A stretch of DNA of 64,000 bases, from NCBI GenBank assembly GCA_964459335.1, contig CAYWJX010000001.1, positions 33,642 to 97,641 of the forward strand. Reading direction: 5' to 3'. Source of the stretch: an uncultured Candidatus Saccharibacteria bacterium. Lineage in GTDB: Bacteria; Patescibacteriota; Minisyncoccia; Phycocordibacterales; SBAW01. The notes under the pieces are model-generated. The model was not told the DNA's origin. It searched no databases and saw only the letters and a list, made by a program, of their open reading frames with translations. Below are positions 28,666 to 39,623 of this stretch, one piece after another. Made by a program: the position numbers and the translations under genes. Within the stretch, counting starts at the first letter, position 1; every line of letters begins with the position of its first letter.

Positions 28666-29655
28666 TTATTCTGTCTCTACTTTCGGTTTGAGCGCGAGCG
28701 TTATCACATGGTCGACAAACTGCGAGAGCGTTGCGCCACCTGCTTTAAGCGCTTTGGGCAGGAGCGACTCGCCGGTAAGCCCCACAGCCGGCGCGCTGTT
28801 GATTTCCAAAAAATAAATCCCGCGTTTGCCGACAATAAAGTCGGAGCGCGAGTAGTGCAAGAGGCCTAAGCTTTCGTGCACCGCTTTGGCAATGGCAATG
28901 AGTTGGTCTTTTTCGTCGCGGCTAAAGTTGCCCGGCACGCGCTCGATTGTCTCGCCGCCGTATTTTGCATCATACGAAAAAAAACCATGGCCTTTGGGCG
29001 GCACTATCTCAACCGGCATCAATGCATAAAATTTTTCGTTTCTAAAATTGTCGATGACACCCACGGTTGCCTCTTTGCCGAGGATATATTCCTCAATAAG
29101 TATTTGTGGCCCCACAGCACTCGCGCGCTCGAGCCCGCGCAGGAGTGCCTCAAAGCTGTTAGCGATGGTGACGCCCACCGACGAGCCGGCGGCAACTGGC
29201 TTAACCACCGCCGGATGTGGAAACGAGCGGAAGATGTTTTGCGCTGTTTTATCGAAGTCGGATATTTTTGAAGCGTCAACAACAATACCGTGCGCAACTT
29301 TAACGCCAAGCCTTGCAACAGCCTCTTTGGTGCGTTGCTTATCAAATGAAAGCTTTGACACCGCGGCGCTCGAGCCCGTGTACGGGATATTAAACGCGTC
29401 GAGTATCTCGTGCAGGCGGCCATCCTCGCCATACTCGCCGTGTATGACGTTAAACACCACGTCGGCTTCGCGCAGTGCCCTCTCGGGCAACACCGGTACG
29501 CCGTGCAAGTGCCATTGCCCGTCGCGCGAGACAAATAAGTCGAGCGGCTCGTATTTTTCTTGGTCGAGCGCCGCAAGCACACTCGCGCCGCTTTTAAGCG
29601 ACACCTCATACTCGCTCGAGGGCCCGCCGCGTAACACTCCTACTACGGTGCGCAT
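28666..29655 (-). CDS. ddl: D-alanine--D-alanine ligase
   Basis: From MRTVVGVLRGGPSSEYEVSLKSG the protein is Ddl-like, including the ATP-grasp region EEYILGKEATVGVI and FLEINSAPAVG. The longer ORF extension (to 30042) overlaps uvrC in another frame and is rejected. Confidence 0.9.
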   Translation of the reverse strand: MRTVVGVLRGGPSSEYEVSLKSGASVLAALDQEKYEPLDLFVSRDGQWHLHGVPVLPERALREADVVFNVIHGEYGEDGRLHEILDAFNIPYTGSSAAVSKLSFDKQRTKEAVARLGVKVAHGIVVDASKISDFDKTAQNIFRSFPHPAVVKPVAAGSSVGVTIANSFEALLRGLERASAVGPQILIEEYILGKEATVGVIDNFRNEKFYALMPVEIVPPKGHGFFSYDAKYGGETIERVPGNFSRDEKDQLIAIAKAVHESLGLLHYSRSDFIVGKRGIYFLEINSAPAVGLTGESLLPKALKAGGATLSQFVDHVITLALKPKVETE

Positions 29656-29662
29656 ATGCGTA

Positions 29663-30976
29663 TTATAACCCCATTTCTTTGTTGCGAAGTTTCCGATGAT
29701 ACGCAATCGCAAAACGATGAGCCTCCGCGTTGGCGAGCAAGATGTCGTGTTCGTGGCCAGTGATAACTCCCCTGTCGCCTTGTATCGCCCGCGGACGATG
29801 CTTGTCGTCTTTGGTGACACCAACCACCGGTATGCGGACGCCGAACGAGGCGAGCACTTTGTCGGCGGCATTAAGCTGAGCCGCACTGCCATCAACCACA
29901 ATAATGCGGGGGCTCGGCCACTCGTTGTGCGCCAGGCGGCGCGAGAGCATCTCGCGCAAAGCTCCAATGTCGTCGCCAGCGCCTGCGGCTTTGATTTTAA
30001 ATTTGCGGTACTCGTTTTTGAGCGCCGTGCCATTTTCGACAACGGTCATCACGCCCACCATCGCACTGCCGCCCAAATGTGCCGCGTCGTAAGCCTCGAT
30101 TCGTGTCCCGCGAATCGCCCCGAGGGAAGTCGAGGGGCTACGAAATTCTTCTTTTATCAAAGAGATATCTTGGATGTGCTTAAGCGCAAATAGTTGGCTA
30201 CGTAACTTGGCCGCCTCTTCAAACCGCTCGGCTTTTGCAAGCTTTTTCATGTCGCGCTCGAGCGATTTTATCAACTCACTTTTTTTACCTTGAAAGAGCA
30301 TCACGATGCGGCGCACAATTTTGCGATACTCTGTTTTATTAATCGCGCCAGAACATACGCCAGGGCACAATCCTATCGCGGCGTTAAAACAGGCTTTGGT
30401 ATGTGGTGTACACGTATCGCGGTACGGAAATATCTTTCGGATAATTTTTAAAGCTTCTTTGAGTTGCGCGCCGTGTGGAAATGGACCAAATGTATGAGCA
30501 GCAGGAAAAGCTCGCGGCTGTTTATGCACGAGCGCAGAAAAATCCTGCGTCTGCTCACCTTGGCAGCTCGCAGCGTGAGCCGCCACAGAATTTTTCTGCG
30601 CTAATTCCTTTCCTCTCACTAACAACACTCTTGGAAAATCCTCTTTAGTAACAACTACGTAGTTCCACGATTTGTCGTCTTTTAAATCGGTGTTGTGTTT
30701 GGGTTTGTGGCGCTTAATTAAATTGGCCTCGAGTATCAACGCCTCCAAAACCGAGTCGGTTGCACGCCACTCGATGCTCGCGGCTTTTTTAACCATCTCG
30801 ACAATGAGCGGCCCGCGCGAGCGGTGGAGGTCGGCGGCAAAGTAGCTGCGCACGCGGCTGCGCAAGCTGGTGGCTTTGCCGATGTACAAGATTTTTTTAC
30901 GCGCATCCAAAAAAAAGTACACACCCGGCCCATCGGGCAAAGTACTCATCCGTTTTTTAAACTGCTCAAGCGTCAT
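29663..30976 (-). CDS. uvrC: Excinuclease ABC subunit C (short form lacking the C-terminal (HhH)2 domain), with an in-frame element of about 23 aa
   Basis: The N-terminal GIY-YIG domain (GPGVYFFLDARKKILYIGKATSLRSRV) and the RNase H-like endonuclease domain (IEAYDAAHLGGS) are present. The inserted peptide is VAAHAASCQGEQTQDFSALV. Confidence 0.9.
   Translation of the reverse strand: MTLEQFKKRMSTLPDGPGVYFFLDARKKILYIGKATSLRSRVRSYFAADLHRSRGPLIVEMVKKAASIEWRATDSVLEALILEANLIKRHKPKHNTDLKDDKSWNYVVVTKEDFPRVLLVRGKELAQKNSVAAHAASCQGEQTQDFSALVHKQPRAFPAAHTFGPFPHGAQLKEALKIIRKIFPYRDTCTPHTKACFNAAIGLCPGVCSGAINKTEYRKIVRRIVMLFQGKKSELIKSLERDMKKLAKAERFEEAAKLRSQLFALKHIQDISLIKEEFRSPSTSLGAIRGTRIEAYDAAHLGGSAMVGVMTVVENGTALKNEYRKFKIKAAGAGDDIGALREMLSRRLAHNEWPSPRIIVVDGSAAQLNAADKVLASFGVRIPVVGVTKDDKHRPRAIQGDRGVITGHEHDILLANAEAHRFAIAYHRKLRNKEMGL
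30532..30601. repeat. Hairpin element copy A (core variant 1) inside uvrC
   Basis: The inverted repeat gcgcagaaaaat / atttttctgcgc flanks the core tgctcaccttggcagctcgcagcgtgagc. The uvrC reading frame is preserved through it. Confidence 0.7.
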
Positions 30977-30985
30977 AGGCTTATC

Positions 30986-33589
<2,604 letters not shown>

Positions 33590-33842
33590 ATGTTGTTTAC
33601 CTTAGCCTCTTTCTGCAATGCGCGGTACACAAATTTCTGTGGACAAACGCCATAATAGCCCCGAGGCATGTCCTAGGGGTTATCTATGTCACTTTAGTAT
33701 AACAGAAACAGAGAGGGGCGCACGCTTGAAAGCGCGCGCCCCAAGGCCCGGGGACCAACGAGCGACCCGGACCTCTCACCGGGGGTGGTAAGTCCCCAGT
33801 GGAACGTTCTGCAAGATACAATACACAGATTGATGATTATTG

Positions 33843-36014
33843 TCAAGCTTTTGTCTTTTTTGATTTTTTTGCAGATGCGCCGCCCATTAAGGCCGCTATT
33901 TCGTCTCTTAGGATGGCGGCAGTTTCGAAGTCGAGGTTTTTAACGGCTTCGGCCATGTCGCGCTTTTTTTGCGCAATAAAGCTGCGCGGATTCTTTTTGT
34001 ACTCGCCCTGCTCTATCTCGAGCATCTCGTGCACTGCCTTGCCGTGCTCGGTGCGCAACTCGTCGGTAATGTCTCGTATTGCTTTGTGGATTGAGACCGG
34101 CGTGATGTGATGCTCTTTGTTGTACGCAACTTGCACCGCGCGGCGGCGGTTGGTCTCGCCTATCGCTTTTTTAAGCGAGTCGGTTTCTTGGTCGGCATAG
34201 AGTATCACGCGACCCTCAATGTTGCGCGCGGCGCGGCCGATGGTTTGTATCAGCGACGTTTCGGAGCGTAAAAATCCTTCTTTGTCGGCGTCGAGTATCG
34301 CCACCAACTGCACCTCGGGCAAGTCGAGCCCTTCGCGCAAAAGATTGACGCCCACGAGCACGTCATAGGCGCCCTTGCGCAAGTCGGTGAGCGTCGTGAT
34401 ACGGTCCAACGTTTCGATATCGCTGTGCAAATAGGCCGCTTTAATCTGCCTATCTTTTAAATAGTCGGCCAAATCCTCAGCCATTTTTTTGGTGAGTGTC
34501 GTGACCATCACGCGCCCGCCATTTTTAATCACCTTTTCAGCCTCATTTAAAAAGTCTTGCACTTGGCCTAGAGAAGGCCGATTCTGTGAGCGCTGCGAGC
34601 TGCCAAGGGGAGCAGAATCGGCCTTCTCTAGGCTTTCAACTGGCAATGAAGAAACCTGCTGATACTCACCTTGGCAGCTCGCAGCGTGAGTCTCATCAGG
34701 TTTCTTCATCGCTCCTCCCGTGACCGGTCGCACAATAATCTCCGGGTCAATCAAGCCGGTGGGCCTAATGATTTGCTCGACCACTTTGGTGGAGTGCGCT
34801 TTTTCATACGCGCCCGGCGTGGCGCTGGTGTAGATGGTCTGCCCCACATTTTTTTCGAACTCATCAAACATGAGCGGGCGGTTGTCGACAGCCGACGGCA
34901 GGCGGAATCCAAAGTCGACTAAATTTTCTTTACGCGCTCTGTCGCCTGCATACATGCCGCCAAGTTGCGGCACGGTGACATGGCTCTCGTCGATGATTGT
35001 CAAAAAGTCGGGCGTGCCATCGGCCTTGTGCGGGAAGTAGTCGAGCAAGGTAAACGGCGGTTGGCCGGGGCTCCGGCCGTCAAAATGCCACGAGTAATTC
35101 TCTATCCCGTTGCAATAGCCAATCTCGCGTATCATCGCGAGGTCGTAGGTGGTGCGGCGTTTTAAACGCTCGGCCTCAAGTAACTTGCCAGCGCGTTCAA
35201 ACTTTTTTAACTGTTCTTTAAGCTCAAGTTTAATATCCTCCACCGCTCGCGCGCGCTCGTCCTCGGGCGTCACATAATGTTTTGCCGGGAAAAGAAATAG
35301 CGACGCCTTTGGCTCAAGCTCGGCGCGCGTTATAGCATCAATCACGCGCACTTTCTCAATAAAATCTCCGTTGAACTCTACGCGATACAGCACGCGTTCG
35401 CCTGTCGGCATTATCTCAACGCTGTTGCCGAGTGCACGAAACGTACCCGGCGTTACATCGGCCGTCGTGCGCGTAAAATATACGCCAATGAGATCGCGGA
35501 TGAGCTCGGCGCGATTTTTTTTGACGCCTGCGGCAAGCTCGAGATGCACTTTGCGATATTGCTCGGGCGAGCCCAAACCATAAATACACGAAACGCTTGC
35601 TACAATTATTACATCACTACGGCTAAGCAGAGCCTGTGTTGAGGCATGGCGGAGCCTGTCAATCTCTTCGTTTATCTGCGCTTCCTTCTCGATATAGGTG
35701 TCGCTCGTGGGGATGTACGCCTCGGGCTGATAATAGTCGTAATACGAAACAAAATATTGCACGGATGCGTCGGGGAAAAACTCTCGATACTCCTGCGCGA
35801 GCTGAGCCGCGAGCGTTTTGTTGTGTGCAATCACGAGCGTAGGCTTTTGCGTTTGCGCAATAACATTGGCCACGGTAAAAGTCTTGCCCGAGCCGGTAAC
35901 ACCGAGTAAAGTTTGATGCCGCTCTCCACTCTTTAGCCCTGCCACGAGCTCGGTAATGGCCTTGGGCTGGTCGCCCGCCGGCTGATAAGGTGATTTGAGT
36001 TTAAACGTTGCCAT
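33843..36014 (-). CDS. uvrB: Excinuclease ABC subunit B, with an in-frame insertion of about 47 aa made of two hairpin elements
   Basis: The helicase motif GVTGSGKTF and the UvrB-specific domains are present throughout. The segment KKPDETHAASCQGEYQQVSSLPVESLEKADSAPLGSSQRSQNRPSLG replaces the short loop between VRPV and QVQDFLNEAEK. Confidence 0.95.
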   Translation of the reverse strand: MATFKLKSPYQPAGDQPKAITELVAGLKSGERHQTLLGVTGSGKTFTVANVIAQTQKPTLVIAHNKTLAAQLAQEYREFFPDASVQYFVSYYDYYQPEAYIPTSDTYIEKEAQINEEIDRLRHASTQALLSRSDVIIVASVSCIYGLGSPEQYRKVHLELAAGVKKNRAELIRDLIGVYFTRTTADVTPGTFRALGNSVEIMPTGERVLYRVEFNGDFIEKVRVIDAITRAELEPKASLFLFPAKHYVTPEDERARAVEDIKLELKEQLKKFERAGKLLEAERLKRRTTYDLAMIREIGYCNGIENYSWHFDGRSPGQPPFTLLDYFPHKADGTPDFLTIIDESHVTVPQLGGMYAGDRARKENLVDFGFRLPSAVDNRPLMFDEFEKNVGQTIYTSATPGAYEKAHSTKVVEQIIRPTGLIDPEIIVRPVTGGAMKKPDETHAASCQGEYQQVSSLPVESLEKADSAPLGSSQRSQNRPSLGQVQDFLNEAEKVIKNGGRVMVTTLTKKMAEDLADYLKDRQIKAAYLHSDIETLDRITTLTDLRKGAYDVLVGVNLLREGLDLPEVQLVAILDADKEGFLRSETSLIQTIGRAARNIEGRVILYADQETDSLKKAIGETNRRRAVQVAYNKEHHITPVSIHKAIRDITDELRTEHGKAVHEMLEIEQGEYKKNPRSFIAQKKRDMAEAVKNLDFETAAILRDEIAALMGGASAKKSKKTKA
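34568..34631. repeat. Hairpin element copy B (core variant 2, opposite orientation) inside uvrB
   Basis: The inverted repeat ctagagaaggccgattctg / cagaatcggccttctctag flanks tgagcgctgcgagctgccaaggggag. Confidence 0.7.
34646..34709. repeat. Hairpin element copy C (core variant 1) inside uvrB, 14 nt from copy B
   Basis: The inverted repeat atgaagaaacctg / caggtttcttcat flanks ctgatactcaccttggcagctcgcagcgtgagtctcat. Confidence 0.7.
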
Positions 36015-36019
36015 CCAAT

Positions 36020-36703
36020 TTACTGTACCGCATTTCGTTCAAACTTGGGAGTTAAACTCCCAAGTAGCCATTGCATTTCCTTTTCTTGCTTTTTACGCTC
36101 AACAATCATTTCTAGAGCTTCATTAGCAAATTTTTTATACGCATCTGGACTCTCAAACTGTCCTAAAATAACTTCCTTTTCGCATATAGATCCCATATGA
36201 CCCAATTCTGAGTCCATATATTCCGTCCAGCTTGAAGCACTGAGCTTGGGAGTTAAGCTCCCAAGCTGGTTATTAAGATTTACATAAACGCTTGTGTGCA
36301 AAAGCTGCTCGTTTGATTCGACATGAACAGATTTATACGTGCCTTGGAATAGGCCGCCGGACCTTGAGTATTTTTCATTGAAATAGTTGGTGTAACCGGT
36401 TCCAAGCCTCTGCATAAATTTTTGAATTCCTTTTTCGGACGTTTGCTTCAAAAGCAAATGAAAATGATTTGGGTTAAGACAATAACACACCACATCAACC
36501 AATTTGGGAGTTAAACTCCCAAGTTGTGTTTCTTTTTGGAAGCGATGTTCAAACAAGCTGCCAATAGGATTAGGCAAATTAAATGCTTGGATACTCTCTA
36601 AAAATCTGCTCAGATCATCTGCGTCTGAGAATATGTCGCGTTTTTCGACGCCACGATTAAACACGTGGTAAAATTCCCCTTGCTCTAAAACTATCGGTCT
36701 CAT
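36020..36703 (-). CDS. IS200/IS605-family HUH (Y1) transposase / REP-associated tyrosine transposase-like
   Basis: GEFYHVFNRGVEKRDIF, the HUH motif NHFHLLL, and the catalytic-Tyr region GTYKSVHVESNEQLLHTSVYVNLNN are present. The ATG start is at MRPIVLEQ. The ORF-track TTG start at 36739 lies inside palindrome P4. The ORF carries three in-frame palindrome copies, each translated LGSLTPK. Confidence 0.75.
   Translation of the reverse strand: MRPIVLEQGEFYHVFNRGVEKRDIFSDADDLSRFLESIQAFNLPNPIGSLFEHRFQKETQLGSLTPKLVDVVCYCLNPNHFHLLLKQTSEKGIQKFMQRLGTGYTNYFNEKYSRSGGLFQGTYKSVHVESNEQLLHTSVYVNLNNQLGSLTPKLSASSWTEYMDSELGHMGSICEKEVILGQFESPDAYKKFANEALEMIVERKKQEKEMQWLLGSLTPKFERNAVQ
36043..36065. repeat. Palindrome P1 (acttgggagttaaactcccaagt)
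   Basis: Perfect palindrome at the 3' end of the transposase CDS. Confidence 0.8.
36243..36267. repeat. Palindrome P2 (agcttgggag-ttaag-ctcccaagct)
   Basis: 10-bp arms. Internal to the CDS and translated QLGSLTPKL. Confidence 0.8.
36501..36525. repeat. Palindrome P3 (aatttgggagttaaactcccaagtt)
   Basis: Imperfect, with one mismatch. Internal to the CDS. Confidence 0.7.
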
Positions 36704-36716
36704 GGCCGCGACTATA

Positions 36717-36743
36717 CCACTTGGGAGTTGAACTCCCAAGTGG
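36717..36743. repeat. Palindrome P4 (ccacttgggagtt-g-aactcccaagtgg)
   Basis: 13-bp perfect arms, immediately upstream of the transposase ATG. Confidence 0.8.
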
Positions 36744-37997
36744 TTAGCGAAATTTATACTGCTCTAAAAAATCGTTTTTAAATTGTGAAAAAGTGCCGTT
36801 TAAAATACTTTCGCGGGCTTGCTCACACAGGCGCGTCAAAAAACGGATGTTGTGCTGGCTCGCGAGGATTTGCCCCAGCATTTCGTGCGTCCGAAAAAGA
36901 TGGTGCACGTAGGCGCGGGTGTGATGCGTGCACACGATGCAATCGCACTCTTTGTCTATCGGGCCAAAGTCGCTTATATACTCCGCATTGGGTATCTGTA
37001 TCTTCCCTTTTGTTGTAAACAACCCGCCGTTGCGGCCGTTGCGCGTGGGGATGACACAATCAAAGGTGTCGACGCCATACTCGATGCCGAGCAAAATATC
37101 CGCGGGCTCGCCAACGCCGAGCCCATGCACCGGTATGTCCTCCGGCAACTCGGCAAGCATCGCAAGCGCCGACTCGAGCGAGTGTTCGCCGTATTTTTTA
37201 CTAAATGAGCCGCCGAGCCCAAAGCCGTCAAAGCCCATCTCGCCGATGGTTTGCGCACTCTTAAGGCGCAAGTCGTCAAACTGACCGCCTTGCGCGATGC
37301 CGTATATCATTTGCTTTTTATTTGCCTCAAAATTTTGACGGTGAGCGGCGAGACTCCGTTTGGCCCACGCATGTGTGCGCTCCATTGCTTCTTTTTGAAA
37401 CTCATAGGTGGCGGTGGGCGCGGTGCATTGGTCAAACGCAAAAAAGATATCCGCGCCAAGCTTGTGTTGTATCTCGACCGAGCGCTCGGGCGTAAAGCGA
37501 TGGAGCGAGCCGTCGATATGCGAAGTAAACGTAACACCGTCGTCGTCGATAATGGCGAGCTTGCCGTGGCTGGTCGCAAGTTCTTCGTCCCAAAAAGCCG
37601 GAAGAGGAAGTGAAGCTGGAGGAGGAGTTGCCGTCTGCTCACCTTGGCAGCTCGCAGCGTGAGCATCCAACAACTCCTCCTCCGGTTCCGGTTTTGAGAA
37701 TTTTGATATCTTCTTTCCAAATCCTTCTCCCAATGAAAATACTTGAAAGCCACCCGAGTCGGTCATGATGGGGCCGTCAAATCCCATAAACTTGTGGATA
37801 CCGCCCGCTTGGGCTATCAACTCCTCGCCCGGCGATAAATATAAATGATATGTGTTGGCAATGACCGTTTGCACGCCGAGCGCGCCAAATTGCGTTACAT
37901 CGACGCCTTTAACATCGGCTTTGGTAGCCACGGCAACAAACGCCGGCGTGTTGATGTCACCGTGCGGCGTATGTATTACTCTGGCTCTCGCTCGCAT
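36744..37997 (-). CDS. tgt: Queuine tRNA-ribosyltransferase, with an in-frame hairpin-element insertion
   Basis: The N-terminus IHTPHGDINTPAFVAVATKADVKGV and the zinc site CDCIVCTHHTRAYVHHLF are present. The inserted segment is ...EEELLDAHAASCQGEQTATPPPASLP... Confidence 0.9.
   Translation of the reverse strand: MRARARVIHTPHGDINTPAFVAVATKADVKGVDVTQFGALGVQTVIANTYHLYLSPGEELIAQAGGIHKFMGFDGPIMTDSGGFQVFSLGEGFGKKISKFSKPEPEEELLDAHAASCQGEQTATPPPASLPLPAFWDEELATSHGKLAIIDDDGVTFTSHIDGSLHRFTPERSVEIQHKLGADIFFAFDQCTAPTATYEFQKEAMERTHAWAKRSLAAHRQNFEANKKQMIYGIAQGGQFDDLRLKSAQTIGEMGFDGFGLGGSFSKKYGEHSLESALAMLAELPEDIPVHGLGVGEPADILLGIEYGVDTFDCVIPTRNGRNGGLFTTKGKIQIPNAEYISDFGPIDKECDCIVCTHHTRAYVHHLFRTHEMLGQILASQHNIRFLTRLCEQARESILNGTFSQFKNDFLEQYKFR
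37618..37683. repeat. Hairpin element copy D (core variant 1) inside tgt
   Basis: The inverted repeat ggaggaggagttg / caactcctcctcc flanks ccgtctgctcaccttggcagctcgcagcgtgagcatc. It is 66 nt long and frame-preserving. Confidence 0.7.
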
Positions 37998-38477
37998 TTA
38001 TTGCGCCGCCGCACCCTCCGGCAATGGTGCCGTATCGGTCGCGACCGTAACATTTAGGAGATCTACCTCAAAGGTGAGTGTCGAGTTGGCCGGTATGGGG
38101 CCATACGCTTGCGAGCCATAGGCAAGATTAGGTGGGATGATAAGTATGCGCTTGCCGCCAACCTTCATGCCGACGAGGCCTTGGTCCCATCCGGGGATAA
38201 CATTGCCTGCGCCGAGTACAAATTGAAACGGCGCTTTGCCGATGGAGGTGTCAAACACCGTGCCGTCGGCGAGCTTGCCCGTGTAATTGACAGTAACCGT
38301 GTCGCCTGCCTGTGCCACTGGCCCAGTGCCCACAACCTCGTCTTGTACGACCAAACCACCGCTCGTAGCGGAATTAGAAGAAGTATTTTGCATAAACGGA
38401 TTAAAAATAAAAAAGAGAACAACGACCACAATCGCGGCCGTAACCGCAATGGCTACTTGCATGGTGCGTGATGACAT
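37998..38477 (-). CDS. FKBP-type peptidyl-prolyl cis-trans isomerase with an N-terminal membrane anchor
   Basis: [21 protein letters not shown]...[38 protein letters not shown] is a canonical FKBP domain. Confidence 0.85.
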   Translation of the reverse strand: MSSRTMQVAIAVTAAIVVVVLFFIFNPFMQNTSSNSATSGGLVVQDEVVGTGPVAQAGDTVTVNYTGKLADGTVFDTSIGKAPFQFVLGAGNVIPGWDQGLVGMKVGGKRILIIPPNLAYGSQAYGPIPANSTLTFEVDLLNVTVATDTAPLPEGAAAQ

Positions 38478-38491
38478 ATCTATATATTACT

Positions 38492-39568
38492 CTACTTGGA
38501 GCTCCGGCGTAAAGGAGTGTAAGGGAAAAGCGCGTAGCCCACTTCGGCGGCGTCGGTATTGATAACGACACCCGAGGATGCTGTGGCTTCAAGCGGGCTG
38601 GCCATTTGCGATGTACTCCGCCCGTTGCCTCCCCCGCCGCCCGTGAGGAGCGAGTTGATACCCAAAAGTGAGAGTGCCAAGAGTGCAACAAATGCACCGT
38701 TAATAAGCAAGTGCACCGGTTGAATTTGCAGATGCGTAAAAAAGGTAAGCGCGACAGCCAACACGAGTATTGCAGCGCAAAATCCCAGTATCCAATTGCT
38801 TGTGGTGACCGGCTCGGCAAACGCGCGCAAAGCTTGTTTTACAAACGACTGTATATTGGAGTTAAAGTCATTGGCCGCAATCGAAACAGGCGCTATTTGT
38901 ACCGATGCGCCCTCCACTTGTGCACCGGAAGGTAAAGGCGAGGTTACAGAAACGGTAGTGGTTGGCGCCGATGCCAAAACAGATGTAGTGCTCGAAGTTG
39001 CTACAGACACCGGTTGCACCGCGACAACTTGTTCAACCGAAGCACTCTCAAGCGGCGCGGCAAAATATTGCACAACATACGTTGCGCTTTGCCCTTCATA
39101 CATACCTTGCGCCACGCCGACGCCAATGGAGGTGTACACCGGCTTTACGATATTGGCGCGATGCGAGGGCGATGCCATCCACGCGTTGACCACATCCGAG
39201 GAGTCGATAAAACGCACGGCCAAATTCTCGCCCGCATATTGATATTGATAGCCTGCCTCCGTTATCCACTGCCACGGCGTTTTGCCGTCGGGCCCGACGT
39301 GGGAAAAATAACCGTTTTGCGCCATGTCGTCGGCCTTTGCCTGCGCGGCTTTGTCGAGCAATGCGTCTTCGGAGAGAGCTCCGACATTGTTTTGCGCGCG
39401 CTCGGAGTTGGTGAGCGCAATAATCTCGGCGGGAACCACGGCGGCCAAAAAAGTTTGGCTCGTTTGTCGCGCGATAAGATTGGAGACCAAAAAGCCCTCG
39501 GTGGCGAGGATAACGACAAAAAAGACAATAAGCCATTGCCGGTGCAAGATATGCCCTAAAGGCTTCAT
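38492..39568 (-). CDS. CAP/SCP/PR1-like (YkwD-type) domain protein with a Thr/Ser-rich linker and a C-terminal TM segment
   Basis: GYFSHVGPDGKTPWQW...AGENLA...AWMASPSHRANI are CAP-domain motifs. Confidence 0.65.
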   Translation of the reverse strand: MKPLGHILHRQWLIVFFVVILATEGFLVSNLIARQTSQTFLAAVVPAEIIALTNSERAQNNVGALSEDALLDKAAQAKADDMAQNGYFSHVGPDGKTPWQWITEAGYQYQYAGENLAVRFIDSSDVVNAWMASPSHRANIVKPVYTSIGVGVAQGMYEGQSATYVVQYFAAPLESASVEQVVAVQPVSVATSSTTSVLASAPTTTVSVTSPLPSGAQVEGASVQIAPVSIAANDFNSNIQSFVKQALRAFAEPVTTSNWILGFCAAILVLAVALTFFTHLQIQPVHLLINGAFVALLALSLLGINSLLTGGGGGNGRSTSQMASPLEATASSGVVINTDAAEVGYALFPYTPLRRSSK

Positions 39569-39623
39569 ACGCCTATTTTAACATAAAGAAAAAGGCGCCC
39601 CACAAAATGCGGAGCGCCCTGCG

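Larger units (their letters stand above)
36020..36746 (-). mobile_element. IS200-like unit of about 0.7 kb: Y1 transposase gene bounded by subterminal palindromes P4 (left) and P1 (right), with P2 and P3 internal
   Basis: The palindrome family cttgggagtt-N-aactcccaag occurs at 36043-36065, 36243-36267, 36501-36525 (imperfect) and 36717-36743. Confidence 0.5.

Noticed and set aside
29656-30042. An upstream extension of the ddl ORF that would make it a 458-aa protein
   Set aside because: The Ddl homology starts at MRTVVGVLRGG (29655). The extension overlaps uvrC in another frame and encodes Arg/Ser-rich low-complexity sequence.
30551-30580. The conserved core ttggcagctcgcagcg read as a sigma-54 (-24/-12) promoter
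   Set aside because: The GG-to-GC spacing is 11 rather than 12, and the -12 element reads cagc rather than ttgc. Most copies are inside coding regions, and this type of genome is unlikely to use sigma-54.
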